Shown here: positions 35,123 to 45,361 of the stretch, in pieces
Layout: each line of letters begins with the position of its first letter
How positions within the stretch are numbered: the stretch's first letter is position 1
IMG/VR virus record: IMGVR_UViG_3300036820_000017
Span: 1,491 to 65,490 of that record
Source: a virus
Lineage: Duplodnaviria; Caudoviricetes
DNA: 64,000 nucleotides
Reading direction: 5' to 3' (one strand)
Notes under the pieces: model-generated
Databases searched by the model: none
Told to the model about the DNA's origin: nothing
Seen by the model: only the letters and a program-made list of their open reading frames with translations
Position numbers and translations under genes: made by a program

Positions 35123-35734
35123 ATGTCATTGCAGACGAGCACCCCTCAGGAGATCATCGCCACTCCGCTCCAATTGTTTATCGGTCCGCTCGCGACGGCG
35201 TACCCGGCGATCGACGCGACCCCCACCCAGATCGTCAGCGACGGTTGGACGCTCGTCGGCGCGAACGGCAACGTCGATCAGGACCAGGCGGGCTGCACGA
35301 TCACCCACAACGCGACGTACGCCACGTGGACGAGTGTCGGTAGTACCGCGCCGATCAAGGCATGGCGCACCGCCGAGCAGTTGGAGATCGCGATCACCCT
35401 CGCGGACATCAGCCCGACGACGTACGCGCTCGCGCTGAACGACGTCGCCGTGACGACCATCAACGCGACGACCGGCGTCGCGGGCGAGCAGGACGTTCCG
35501 ATGCTGCAGGGCGTCAACGTCGCCGCGTACGCGCTGTGCGCCGTCGGCGTCAGCGCGCTGAACAACAGCCTGCAGGCGATGTACTGCGTCCCGTGCGTGT
35601 ACCAGTCCGCGAACGTCGCGCCGGTGTACAAGCTCGGCGCTCCCGCGGAGCTGGCGGTCACGTTCGCGACGCTGCTTGACCCCAACGGCGGCGGGTTCGG
35701 CTCGTTCCGTCAGCAGACCGCAGCGAAGCTCTAA
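35123..35734 (+). CDS. major tail tube protein
   Basis: SD AAGGAGG; WTLVG.NG; position before chaperones and TMP. Confidence 0.8.
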   Translation: MSLQTSTPQEIIATPLQLFIGPLATAYPAIDATPTQIVSDGWTLVGANGNVDQDQAGCTITHNATYATWTSVGSTAPIKAWRTAEQLEIAITLADISPTTYALALNDVAVTTINATTGVAGEQDVPMLQGVNVAAYALCAVGVSALNNSLQAMYCVPCVYQSANVAPVYKLGAPAELAVTFATLLDPNGGGFGSFRQQTAAKL

Positions 35735-35770
35735 CCCGGCCTTCGGGCCCAACGCAGGGCAGGAGGTCGC

Positions 35771-35968
35771 ATGTCCGATTCCGTCATGGCGCGCGCGCAG
35801 GCGGATCAGGCACTCGAACAGGCCGCGCAGGCTTTGAAACGCCATCAGGGAGCCGACCGCAAGGTGCTCCAGGCCATTCGTCAAGCCCAGGCGGTGCTGA
35901 AGGGTGTCCGAGTCGAAACCACAGCCGAAGGAGGCACAGATGGCAGCGAGAACGAAACCGAAGCCTGA
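35771..35968 (+). CDS. hypothetical protein
   Basis: SD AGGAGGT. Confidence 0.55.
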   Translation: MSDSVMARAQADQALEQAAQALKRHQGADRKVLQAIRQAQAVLKGVRVETTAEGGTDGSENETEA

Positions 35969-36425
35969 CCCCGTCGACGTAGAACAGCCCGTGCTCGCGC
36001 AGACCGCCGAGCAGGCGGCCGCGCCGCCCGCGAAGAAGATCGAGCCGCTGATCGACCTCGACGACATCGCGCCGGAGCGTCCCACGATCCGGTTCAAAGG
36101 CGCCCTGGTCGAGATGCGCGACATCGACGACTTCGGGATCGAGGATCACCAGCGGCTCAACCGCGACGGCGCGGAGTTCTTCGAGCTGTACTCCAGCACG
36201 AAGGAACTGTCCAAGGTGGAGTCGCAGCGTCTGCGGATGCTGCTCGAGCGCCTGTACGCGAAGGTGTGTCCTGACGAGCTGGCCGACGCGGGCTTGTCGG
36301 ATGCTCAGAAGGCGCAGGTGATCTTGGGTTTCAGGCTGGCGCCACTCGCTCGTCGGATGGCGCAGGACGAACAGGCACAGACGGACCAGGAGCCGCGGAT
36401 CGACGCCCCGACTACGGGGAGTTGA
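35940..36425 (+). CDS. tail assembly chaperone (G-like)
   Basis: SD AAGGAGG; position. Confidence 0.7.
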   Translation: MAARTKPKPDPVDVEQPVLAQTAEQAAAPPAKKIEPLIDLDDIAPERPTIRFKGALVEMRDIDDFGIEDHQRLNRDGAEFFELYSSTKELSKVESQRLRMLLERLYAKVCPDELADAGLSDAQKAQVILGFRLAPLARRMAQDEQAQTDQEPRIDAPTTGS

Positions 36426-36772
36426 TTCCGCGGCTTTTGCGGTTCTACGGCCGCGCGCCCGGCCCCGCAGGGGACTGGTTGAAGGTGCCCGCGAAATGGT
36501 TTTGGGCGCACGTGCAGATGATGGGCCGCCTGGATGCCGAGGAGGCGCTGGGGCAGCTCAGCCGGATCGCTGCTGGGAACGGGCTGATGGAGGAACGCGA
36601 CCAGCGTCAGTATCGCCGTGATCTGGCGCGTGCGGCGTCGGGTGGCCGGCAGGTCGGGGTGGAGAAGGCGAACGCGGCGTCGTTGTCGATGCTCGGGATC
36701 AAGGTTGTCGACGAGCCAATGTCGGGCGGCGGCGTGGTTTTGCCGCCGGGCGTGGACGTGTCAAACAAGTAG
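36422..36772 (+). CDS. tail assembly chaperone (T-like; -1 frame of the preceding gene)
   Basis: LIPRLLRFYG...WL...LDAEE; overlap in the -1 frame. Confidence 0.65.
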   Translation: MIPRLLRFYGRAPGPAGDWLKVPAKWFWAHVQMMGRLDAEEALGQLSRIAAGNGLMEERDQRQYRRDLARAASGGRQVGVEKANAASLSMLGIKVVDEPMSGGGVVLPPGVDVSNK

Positions 36773-36793
36773 CGGGGCCGGGGAGGTGAGGGC

Positions 36794-39700
36794 GTGAGCG
36801 GAGAACTTCTCGGCAGCGCAACGCTCGAGCTCGATACCGATCAGGCGCCGCTTGACTCGGGCCTAGACAAAGCCGAGGCGAGGGTCGCGGCGAAGGTCGC
36901 GGCGATGCAGTCGATCGCTGACTCGTTGCACCTTGACATCAAGGTCAATCTCGACACCAGCGAGGCCGAGGCGAAGCTCGCCGCGTTGCAGGGCGGCAGC
37001 GCGGCTGTCGGTAGCGGCGGCGGGGCGACGGCCCCGAACATCAACCGTAGCGGCGGCGGCACGGGCTTGTGGGGTGTCCGCGGGCCCGAGCAGGCCGGGT
37101 CGCGGCAGAACCCGGTGGTCATGGTCATGGAGGCGGCGAAGTACACGCCGCTGGGGACGATGGCCGCCGCGGTCGGCGAGACCGACCAGGCCGATGAGAC
37201 GCGCACGTCAGGGTCGGCGCTGTCAGACGCGTCGAACTACAACGCGTTGCGCGGTCAGCTTGACCGGATCGCGCAGAGCATGTCGCCGACGGCGCGGCTG
37301 GCGGCGGAGGGTCAGAACGGGCTTGGCGTGCCGCAGATGCCGGCAGCTGCCGCCGCGACGTCGAACAGCACCGGGGATGTGGCGTCGATCGCGGCGTTGC
37401 AGCAGGCCGCGGACGCGCTGTCGAAGATCAACGGGCGGCTGACGGCGGCGGAGCAGCGCGCGGTCGCGGCGCCGGTGCCGTCTGAGACGCGCACGTCGAC
37501 CAGCAACAACCGCACCATCATCTATGACTACGCCGGGTCCGGCACGAACGCGTACGGCGGGTCTGGGGCAGCTTCTCGCAGCGGTGGGGGTCCGGCGACG
37601 GCGGCCGGCGGTAGCGCTGGCGGCTCGGGCGGCGGCGGGCAGGGCGGTCCTCCATTCGCGTTTGACGCCGGCAGCGGCGGCGGCGGCGGCGGGAACCGGC
37701 GCGTCGACATCTACCACCACTCCTCGGGCGAAGGCGGCGGTGGCGGCGGCGGGTCGCGGTTTCAGTGGAACCCATTCAGCGGCTCGCGGTCTAACGCGGA
37801 CTCGGATGCCGCGAGCGCGTTCTCGTTCGCGAACCTGTTTAAGGGCGACGGCGGCCGCGGCGGCGCGTTCGGGCTCCCCGGGTTCGGCTCCATCGGCTCG
37901 CTCGCGGGGCTCGGGCTGGAGCACTGGATCCTGTCGGGGCTCGGCGTCGGCGCGTCAGCGACCGCCGGCGTCGCTGGCGCCGGGCTGCTCGGCACCGCCG
38001 GGCTGACCCAGATGCTCGTCGGGTCCGGCTCCAACGCGCTGGTCAACAAGGCGACCGAGAGTCAGATCCAGGCAACGACCCAGGACTACTACGCGCTGCA
38101 GTCCGCGGTCGCGGAGTACGGCAAGGGATCGAAGCAGGCCGTCGAGGCGCAGAACCTCCTGAACTATTCGATCGCGCAGATGGGCGGCGGTCCGGCGCAG
38201 GCCGCTGAGATGCAGGTGTACGCCAACGTCAAGGCGCTCAAGGCGATGTTCGACACCGAGTCCAACGGTGCGCGTGCCATGTCGGCTGACGTGATGGACC
38301 AGGTCGTGAAGCTCGCGACGAGCTACACGCCGCTGGTGGTCGCCGCGGCGCAGAAGAACCTCGGGATTATCAACAGTGGCCTCAAGCCGCTGTTCGCGTG
38401 GCTGCAGGGCCCCGAAGGGAAGGGCATCTTCGAGACGCTCGAGAACGCGTTCTCCCGCGATCTGCCCGTCTCGATCCACGCGTTCGATATGGGCCTCGAG
38501 GATTTCCTGCGGCTCATGGCTGTCGCGTCGCAGTACACCGGCGGTCTCGCCCGGTCCCTCGACAACCTGTTCACCGAGAAGAACGGCGAGTCGACGGTTC
38601 AGTACGAGGCGGAGGTGCACAAGCTCGTCGGCGACTTCGATGAGTGGAAGAGTCTGCTGGAGGTCCTCGGCGAGGATCTCGACCTGATCTTCAAGCAGGA
38701 CGCCGGGACCGCGAACAGCATCGTCGGGTCGTTGACGGACATGCTGGTCAAGCTGCACGCGTGGGAGGAGTCGACCACCGGGCAGACCGACCTGCAGAAC
38801 ATCTTCTACGTCCACAAGCAGGAGATCCTGGCGCTGCTGAAGCTGCTGCCGGATCTGATGAACGGGTACGGGTCGTTCTATCTGAAGGTCGCGCCACCGT
38901 TGGTTTCGGCGCTGACGAACATCGCCGGCGCGGTCGCTGACATCGCGAGCGCGGTGGAGAAGCTTCCGGGCGGTGCGGACCTGCTCGGGCTGCTGATCGT
39001 GATGCGGAAGCTCAGCATCCTCGGCCCTGGGCTCAAGCTCGCGGCTGGTGCGCTCGGCTTGTTCGCCAAGAGCGAGGATGCCGTCGGGGCTGCCAGTGGC
39101 GCTGCGGCGGCCGGGGAGACGGCGGCTGGAGGAGCAGCGGCAGCGGGTGGAGCTGGCGGCGTCGTCGGGATGCTCGGCGGTCTTGGCGCGGCTGGCGCGA
39201 GCGATGTCGGCGCCGGACTTACCGCTGCGGGGATCGCAGCCGCCGCGGCGGCTGCGCTGCCGATCGTGCTCGGAAGCGCAGCGGCCATCGGGGCGGTCGA
39301 TGTCGTCTTCGGACACCTTCTCAACGACACCACGACCGCGACCTGGAGCCAGGGACACATCTCGGGGCTTCCGCATGCCCCGACCGTCCAGCAGGGCGCG
39401 ACCAGCGGCGGCGGCCGCTTCGGCGGCATCAATGCGCCCGCTCCGGCGAGCGGCCTCGGTGCGCTCAGCGGAGGCACTCTCAACATCAAAAAGGTCGGTG
39501 ACTTCGCCAACGACTCCGCTGCTGAGCTGCGCGGCCTGATCTCCACGCTCAAGGACGTCAACAACGTCAACCTCAAGGTCAACGGGCTCGGCGAGACGAA
39601 GACTGAGGTGCTCGGGCTCGCGGACGCAGCGCTCAAGGCGAAGCTGTCGTGGGACAGCAACTTCAGCGAGGCGTGGAAGGCCGTCGACACGTTCACGCGC

Positions 39701-42700
39701 GACAGCGGCCGCAGCCTCGGGGATCTCAAGGACGACTTCGCGTCGAACTTCCGGCTGATCGAACAGACCGTCGGGACCGGGTCGGCCGCCGGCCAGCATC
39801 TCATGGCCGAGAACGTCAGCAAGATGGTGTTCGACGTCACCAATGGGATGCTCGCCGGGCAGATCAGCGTCAAGTCCGGGATGGCCGCGATCAACAGCGC
39901 GCTGAAGCAGGGCTTGCAGACCGGCGCGATCAGCTGGACGCAGGACTGGACGTCGATGTTCTCGACCGTCACCGCCCTGTACAACCAGCACAAGATCGAC
40001 ACCAAGCAGTATCAGGCGGACCTGCGGTCGATCATGAGCCAGGGCGACCAGCGGATCAAATCCGACACGGAGTCGACCTACCAGGGGATCGTCCAGACCC
40101 TCAAGACGCAGCTGAACGCGGGGGAGATCACCCACCAGCAGTTCGTGTCCAAGGTCCATCAGGCCGACGTGCAGATGGGCTCGCAAGCCAAGAGCGACAT
40201 GGCGGATTTCGCTGCGCAGGTCGTCGGCGGGTTCGCGACGGTGACCGCGGGTGGCGCGAGGGGCTTGCAGGATCTCATCGCCAGCGTCAACAGCGCGCTG
40301 AAGCTCCTCGGTCAGAAGCAGCTGACGGGCTTGCAGGTGTCGGTCATGTCGTCCAACTACGGGCAGACGACCGGGACGGGCGCGTCGAACCTGAACAAGT
40401 CCGCGGCGGCCGGCGGCGGCCAGCTGCATGCCGGCGGCGGCCTGGTGCAGATCGGCAAGCCCGGACAGGCGGGCCGCGACACGGTCCCCCTCACTGTGAA
40501 CGGCGTCGCGACCGCTACTGTCGCGCCGGGCGAGAAACTGGCGGTGATCAATCGTCACCAGTCGCCGCTGCTTGACTACGCCGTCGCGAACACGTTTGGC
40601 GTCTCGGGCCTCGACGGGTTCTTCGCGAAGAACAAGACGCCGAACTTCATGGCGTCCGGCGGGATGGTCCCCGGGTTCGCTGGCGGCGGCACCCTGTCCT
40701 ACAGCCAGCTGGAGGGCCTGTGGGATCAGGCGGGCGGCCCGTCGAACATGGCCGCGCTGATGGCCGCGATCGCGCTCGCGGAGTCCGGCGGTGACCCCAC
40801 GATCGTCAACAGCATCGGCGCGTCCGGACTGTGGCAGATCCATCCCGGCGAACCCGGCGACCTCAACCCGCTGACGAACGCCCGCGACGCCGTCGCGAAA
40901 TACACGTCGCAGGGCCTCGACGCGTGGACGACGTACACGTCCGGGGCGTACAAGCAGTTCCTGAACGGCAGCGTCCCCGCGTCCGCGGGCGCGGCGATCG
41001 CGCAGATCCTCGCGCCGCACGTCAAGGGCGGCGGGACGCTCGGGTCGATGACGCAGGCCGCGTTGGACGAGGTCACCAAAGCCACCAACCAGTATCTCGC
41101 CAGCAAAGCCCCCGCCGGCGGCGCCGGCGCAGCGGGCGGCACCCCCAACTTCCCCGTGTCCAAAGGCCCGGTCCCCGCCGCGGTGCAGGTCGCGCTGGAG
41201 GCCGCGAAGTCGCTGCTCGGCCGCCCGTACCTCGACGACGGCAGCCCGGGCGGCTACGGGTTCGGTGCCGCGGGCCTTGACTGCTCCGGGTTCGTGTCGA
41301 CGGTCCTGAACGCCGCGGGCTTGGTTCCCGGCCACCAGCTGTCGGGCTACTACGAAACGTACGGCGACCCGGGGCCCGGCAAGTACATCACCACCGGCGC
41401 GCTCGGCCCCTACTCAGGGCCGCTCGGGCACGTGATGATGGAGATCGACGGGACCTACTTCGAGTCGGGCGGCCCGACCGGCCAAGGCCCCCACATCGAC
41501 CAGGGGTGGTCCAGCCCATTCACGTACTACCGTCACCCGCACGGGTACGGCGCCGGCGGGACCGTCGGCAGCCCGCAGCATCAGTTGACGCTCGCGGAGC
41601 TCGCGCGGATCGCGGCGGGGCAGCCGACCACGAACGCGCAGAAGATGTTTCTCGCGAGCGCGGCGACCAAGCCGAAGAAGAAGGCGGCCGCTCCGAAGAA
41701 GCCGAAGGCGCTGACCGGGACCGCGACGCTGACGATGGGGTCCGGGTCGACGCTCGGCGCGGACGGACCGCTGCCGTTCTTCACCGGTGATCTCTCCCCG
41801 ATCAACGAGATGCTGTCGGTGATCCTCGGCATCGACGGCGGCAGCGGCTCGTCGCCCAGCTCGGGGGCCGCCGGAGGGGGGGCGTTCGGTCTCGGGGTCG
41901 GGAACAGCAGCAACGCCAACACGCTCGGGAACCTCATGCAGTGGTACACCAACCTTTGGGGATCCGGACTGAACCCTCCGCCGACACTCCCCGGCGGCTC
42001 GGACATCTTCCCCGGCTGGAACTCCCCTGGCGACTTCGTGATCAGCGCCGACGCGCTCGGGAACACCATCAGCCCGTACCTGTCGCCGAACTTGGACACG
42101 GTCGTGGGGCAGCTATCGCAGATGCTCGGCTGGCAGGGCGGCATCGTCGGCGATCTCGGGTCCGCGCTGACCGGCTCCCAGAACCTGGTCAAGCCGCTGC
42201 AGGCCGCCATCAAACGCCGCGTCGATCAGGTCGCCGCGATCCGCAAGCGCGTGCTGGCGAACGTCGCGAAGATCAAGGCGCTGCGCGCGAAGAAGACCGC
42301 CGAGAACAAGAAGAACCCGCCATACGCCAAGCCGAAGACGAGCGCTCAGCGCGCTGCGAACACCTCGTTTGACAACGCGCGCAAGACGAAGATCGCCGGA
42401 TGGAACAAAGAGATCGCGTCGCTGCAGGCCGAGAATCAGCAGTTGGCCGGCAACGAGGATTCCGTCGGCTCCGGCGGCGAACTCCATGCGATCAGCAACC
42501 AGCTCGGGACGAGTGCTGGCACCGGCGCGCTCGGCACCGTCGAAGGATCGAACAACAACAGCAGCGGCCTGTACTCGGTGCTTGACCAGGTGCAGGGCTG
42601 GGAGACGCTGCTTGGCGGGACCGGCGGCGCGATCAGCGGCCAGCAGCTGCAATACCAGCTCTACCAGCAGGGGCTCGCCGGACTCGCGCCCGGCGCGAGC

Positions 42701-43186
42701 ACTGCGCTGGCGGCGGCGGTTGCGAGCGCTGCGACAGCGTCGGCTACGAGCCAGAACACCAATCCGCTGACGGGGACCGTCGGGTTCGCGTTCCAGGGTC
42801 AGAACTATGCGGCGACGCTGCTCGCTCCGCTGGTGCAGGCGGTCGGGGCGGCGCTCCCGCCATTCGGCGGCACGTTCCATCAGGGCGGCGTGGTGCCGGG
42901 GCCTGTCGGCGCGGAGCGGATGATCCTCGCGCAGGGCGGCGAGGTGGTCTCGCCCCTCGGCGGGCGCGCCGGAGCGGGAGCTAACGAGTCGATCGACCGT
43001 CTCGTGTCCGCGCTCGGGGACCATCAGAAGAGTGTCGCCGCGCTGACTCAGGCGACATGTGCGAACACTTCAGCGATCAGCTCGACCGGCGGTCACAACG
43101 GCGCGAGATACAGCTACGGGCGCGCGTCGGCGTACGACCCGTCGTCGTCGTCGGATGATTTGACGCTACTGGGGGTGGGCTCGTGA
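36794..43186 (+). CDS. tape measure protein with lytic transglycosylase and NlpC/P60 domains
   Basis: 2130 aa; MAAIALAESGG...GLWQI; GLDCSGFVS...GHV. Confidence 0.9.
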   Translation: MSGELLGSATLELDTDQAPLDSGLDKAEARVAAKVAAMQSIADSLHLDIKVNLDTSEAEAKLAALQGGSAAVGSGGGATAPNINRSGGGTGLWGVRGPEQAGSRQNPVVMVMEAAKYTPLGTMAAAVGETDQADETRTSGSALSDASNYNALRGQLDRIAQSMSPTARLAAEGQNGLGVPQMPAAAAATSNSTGDVASIAALQQAADALSKINGRLTAAEQRAVAAPVPSETRTSTSNNRTIIYDYAGSGTNAYGGSGAASRSGGGPATAAGGSAGGSGGGGQGGPPFAFDAGSGGGGGGNRRVDIYHHSSGEGGGGGGGSRFQWNPFSGSRSNADSDAASAFSFANLFKGDGGRGGAFGLPGFGSIGSLAGLGLEHWILSGLGVGASATAGVAGAGLLGTAGLTQMLVGSGSNALVNKATESQIQATTQDYYALQSAVAEYGKGSKQAVEAQNLLNYSIAQMGGGPAQAAEMQVYANVKALKAMFDTESNGARAMSADVMDQVVKLATSYTPLVVAAAQKNLGIINSGLKPLFAWLQGPEGKGIFETLENAFSRDLPVSIHAFDMGLEDFLRLMAVASQYTGGLARSLDNLFTEKNGESTVQYEAEVHKLVGDFDEWKSLLEVLGEDLDLIFKQDAGTANSIVGSLTDMLVKLHAWEESTTGQTDLQNIFYVHKQEILALLKLLPDLMNGYGSFYLKVAPPLVSALTNIAGAVADIASAVEKLPGGADLLGLLIVMRKLSILGPGLKLAAGALGLFAKSEDAVGAASGAAAAGETAAGGAAAAGGAGGVVGMLGGLGAAGASDVGAGLTAAGIAAAAAAALPIVLGSAAAIGAVDVVFGHLLNDTTTATWSQGHISGLPHAPTVQQGATSGGGRFGGINAPAPASGLGALSGGTLNIKKVGDFANDSAAELRGLISTLKDVNNVNLKVNGLGETKTEVLGLADAALKAKLSWDSNFSEAWKAVDTFTRDSGRSLGDLKDDFASNFRLIEQTVGTGSAAGQHLMAENVSKMVFDVTNGMLAGQISVKSGMAAINSALKQGLQTGAISWTQDWTSMFSTVTALYNQHKIDTKQYQADLRSIMSQGDQRIKSDTESTYQGIVQTLKTQLNAGEITHQQFVSKVHQADVQMGSQAKSDMADFAAQVVGGFATVTAGGARGLQDLIASVNSALKLLGQKQLTGLQVSVMSSNYGQTTGTGASNLNKSAAAGGGQLHAGGGLVQIGKPGQAGRDTVPLTVNGVATATVAPGEKLAVINRHQSPLLDYAVANTFGVSGLDGFFAKNKTPNFMASGGMVPGFAGGGTLSYSQLEGLWDQAGGPSNMAALMAAIALAESGGDPTIVNSIGASGLWQIHPGEPGDLNPLTNARDAVAKYTSQGLDAWTTYTSGAYKQFLNGSVPASAGAAIAQILAPHVKGGGTLGSMTQAALDEVTKATNQYLASKAPAGGAGAAGGTPNFPVSKGPVPAAVQVALEAAKSLLGRPYLDDGSPGGYGFGAAGLDCSGFVSTVLNAAGLVPGHQLSGYYETYGDPGPGKYITTGALGPYSGPLGHVMMEIDGTYFESGGPTGQGPHIDQGWSSPFTYYRHPHGYGAGGTVGSPQHQLTLAELARIAAGQPTTNAQKMFLASAATKPKKKAAAPKKPKALTGTATLTMGSGSTLGADGPLPFFTGDLSPINEMLSVILGIDGGSGSSPSSGAAGGGAFGLGVGNSSNANTLGNLMQWYTNLWGSGLNPPPTLPGGSDIFPGWNSPGDFVISADALGNTISPYLSPNLDTVVGQLSQMLGWQGGIVGDLGSALTGSQNLVKPLQAAIKRRVDQVAAIRKRVLANVAKIKALRAKKTAENKKNPPYAKPKTSAQRAANTSFDNARKTKIAGWNKEIASLQAENQQLAGNEDSVGSGGELHAISNQLGTSAGTGALGTVEGSNNNSSGLYSVLDQVQGWETLLGGTGGAISGQQLQYQLYQQGLAGLAPGASTALAAAVASAATASATSQNTNPLTGTVGFAFQGQNYAATLLAPLVQAVGAALPPFGGTFHQGGVVPGPVGAERMILAQGGEVVSPLGGRAGAGANESIDRLVSALGDHQKSVAALTQATCANTSAISSTGGHNGARYSYGRASAYDPSSSSDDLTLLGVGS

Positions 43187-44946
43187 CGACGCTACAGATC
43201 GGGCGTGTGACGCTCGGCGGCCCAGGCGCCGCGATCAGCGAGCAGGTCGGCGACCCCGTCGCGACCCTCGGCGGCGCGGTCGTGTCCGCACCCCGGGTCG
43301 CGTTGCAAGCGCAGATTCAGCTCGCGACCCTCGCCGGTGCCAGCACGACGCTCGCCCAGGCGCAGGCGCTGCGCCGCCGGATGCGGTCGATGCTTGGCAA
43401 CACCCCGTTGAAACTCGGCGCGTTCCTGTACGTCGTCTACTCCGACGACCTTGAGATGGATGGCTGGTATGTGCCCGATCAGACCAGTCTCGCAAGCTAT
43501 GACACCGCCTCGTGGCTGGCCGTCGGTTTGTGGGTGACGCAGGCGAGCACTTGGTATGCCGCTGGACATCGACGCACGCACCGCGAGGGCAGACAGATCT
43601 GGCTGAAGGACCTCGCGACCGGCCTGTACGCCCGCGACGCGCTCGGCTGGATCCTCTCCACCGACTTCAGCGCGCTGCCGCAGCTGCCGCTCAACGTGCT
43701 CGCGAACGGCGCAACCTCGATCCAGGACACCGTGACCGCGAACGTCGTGTCCGGCGCGCCGCTGCCGAGCGGCCGCGACGGCGGCCAATGCCAAGTCGTC
43801 GAAGGCCTCACCGACCTCACCGTCCTCTCCTACGAGCGGGCCGAGAGCGCGCTGAACCTGTCCGACGTGATCGTCTATGACCGCCGCGGCGCCGGCGATG
43901 ACCCGACCACCGGCCCCGGCTCGACCTGGGAAGAGGTCTACGGGCCCGACTACCCATGGAACTGGCAGACCAGCGGCCAGCCCGCCGACAGCCCCGTCCT
44001 GGATAACGGCCTCGTCCGCGTCCGCTACGACGGCGCCACCGGCAAGCCCGGATTCCGCGTCGATGTGTGGAACGGCTCCGCCTACGTCGAGCAGGGCAAG
44101 ATGACCGTTGAGCGCGTCGGCGACAGCACCGGGTTCGACAACACGTTCGTGTCCGCCAGCCTGGTCGAATGGACGCCCGAGCGGGCCGTGATGCAGGTCA
44201 TCCTCGCCAACAGCGCCGACGCCTACAGCCGCGAGCGAATCTTCGTCACGATGCAACGCGGCGAGGTCGGCGTTGCCTTCGAGTGCTATCCCGCACCGAA
44301 GGCCGCCGGCACGATCGCCGACGCCTACCTCGTCTGGACCCCCGACGGACCCGACTCCAACGACAGCCTGGTGTTCGAGCCGAGCGTCAGCCAGCCGCCG
44401 GCGATCCACACCGACAGCATCTGGTCGACCGCGTCGAGCACCTGGACCAGCGCGTCGGGCACGTTCTCCGGGACGACCGCGAACTTCCTGTCGATCCTGC
44501 GGTGCATCGGAGGCGCGAGCACCGTCGGGCCCTACCAGACCAACCTCGTCGTCGTCCAACAGAGCGTCCAGTTCACCGGCGTCAACGACAGCAACGCCTA
44601 CGGCGGGACCGCCCAGCCAGCTGTCTACCTGAAGGGCACCGGCGGGATGGGCTACCTCCAGGCGCAGGTCAGCTTCACCGCAACGCAATCCGATCAGGTC
44701 AAGGGGTCCGGCAGCTTCACCTCAACGCAGGCGAGCCAATACCGCGTGTTCGGCCTCGTGACCACCACTTGGACCGACTATGGCGAGTACACCGGCACGT
44801 CGGTCTCGACGGGCAGCAGCACCCGAGTCGAGGCGCACCTCACGCAGGACCGGACGCGCAATGGCGCGATCTACTCCGGCTGCCGCGACGCCGGGCAGTG
44901 CGCCCTATACGACTCGAGGCAACTCGGCTGCCTCGTCACCAGGTGA
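43183..44946 (+). CDS. minor tail protein
   Basis: follows the TMP by GTGA overlap. Confidence 0.7.
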   Translation: MTTLQIGRVTLGGPGAAISEQVGDPVATLGGAVVSAPRVALQAQIQLATLAGASTTLAQAQALRRRMRSMLGNTPLKLGAFLYVVYSDDLEMDGWYVPDQTSLASYDTASWLAVGLWVTQASTWYAAGHRRTHREGRQIWLKDLATGLYARDALGWILSTDFSALPQLPLNVLANGATSIQDTVTANVVSGAPLPSGRDGGQCQVVEGLTDLTVLSYERAESALNLSDVIVYDRRGAGDDPTTGPGSTWEEVYGPDYPWNWQTSGQPADSPVLDNGLVRVRYDGATGKPGFRVDVWNGSAYVEQGKMTVERVGDSTGFDNTFVSASLVEWTPERAVMQVILANSADAYSRERIFVTMQRGEVGVAFECYPAPKAAGTIADAYLVWTPDGPDSNDSLVFEPSVSQPPAIHTDSIWSTASSTWTSASGTFSGTTANFLSILRCIGGASTVGPYQTNLVVVQQSVQFTGVNDSNAYGGTAQPAVYLKGTGGMGYLQAQVSFTATQSDQVKGSGSFTSTQASQYRVFGLVTTTWTDYGEYTGTSVSTGSSTRVEAHLTQDRTRNGAIYSGCRDAGQCALYDSRQLGCLVTR

Positions 44947-45214
44947 GCCACTTGATCTCCCAGACCGTCTCCTTGCGGCGCGGTCGCTGCATGCCGGCGC
45001 AGATCACCTGGCCGTCCTGAAACTCCTCGACGTAGGTCGGTCGGGTGACCCCGATTGCCGGGCACGCCGGCAGCACCGTCACCGGTCGGCCTTGCGCCTG
45101 CGGAGGCGCCTGCGGCCCCGGCTGCCCATGAGCGGCCGCGGGCAATGCGCTGGCGCCGATGACCAGCAGCGAAACGACTAGTCCGAACATCCTTGCCCCT
45201 ATACGCTTCCGCAT
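44936..45214 (-). CDS. moron: small secreted protein
   Basis: signal-peptide-like N-terminus; SD GGGAGGT. Confidence 0.55.
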   Translation of the reverse strand: MRKRIGARMFGLVVSLLVIGASALPAAAHGQPGPQAPPQAQGRPVTVLPACPAIGVTRPTYVEEFQDGQVICAGMQRPRRKETVWEIKWLTW

Positions 45215-45361
45215 TGTTCTACCTCCCTAGTTAGGTAGAGCCATGCCCCGGGGCGGTGTCAGCCGTCGCCGGGGCGCTTACTTCGGCCCCGTTATGTAGC
45301 GCGTTGATCTTCCCACCGCGCTCAGTCGAAGTCAACGCAGTACCGGCCGAGAGGAGGTCGC

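Noticed and set aside
36400-36425. Defined slippery site for the tail chaperone frameshift
   Set aside because: The -1 overlap is present but no canonical XXXYYYZ heptamer; a TTG restart at 36422 is equally possible, and the arrangement is ordinary
37955-41335. 1126-aa minus-strand ORF and other long antisense ORFs (1843-3357, 43192-44688)
   Set aside because: Shadow frames of real GC-rich genes with no recognisable motifs
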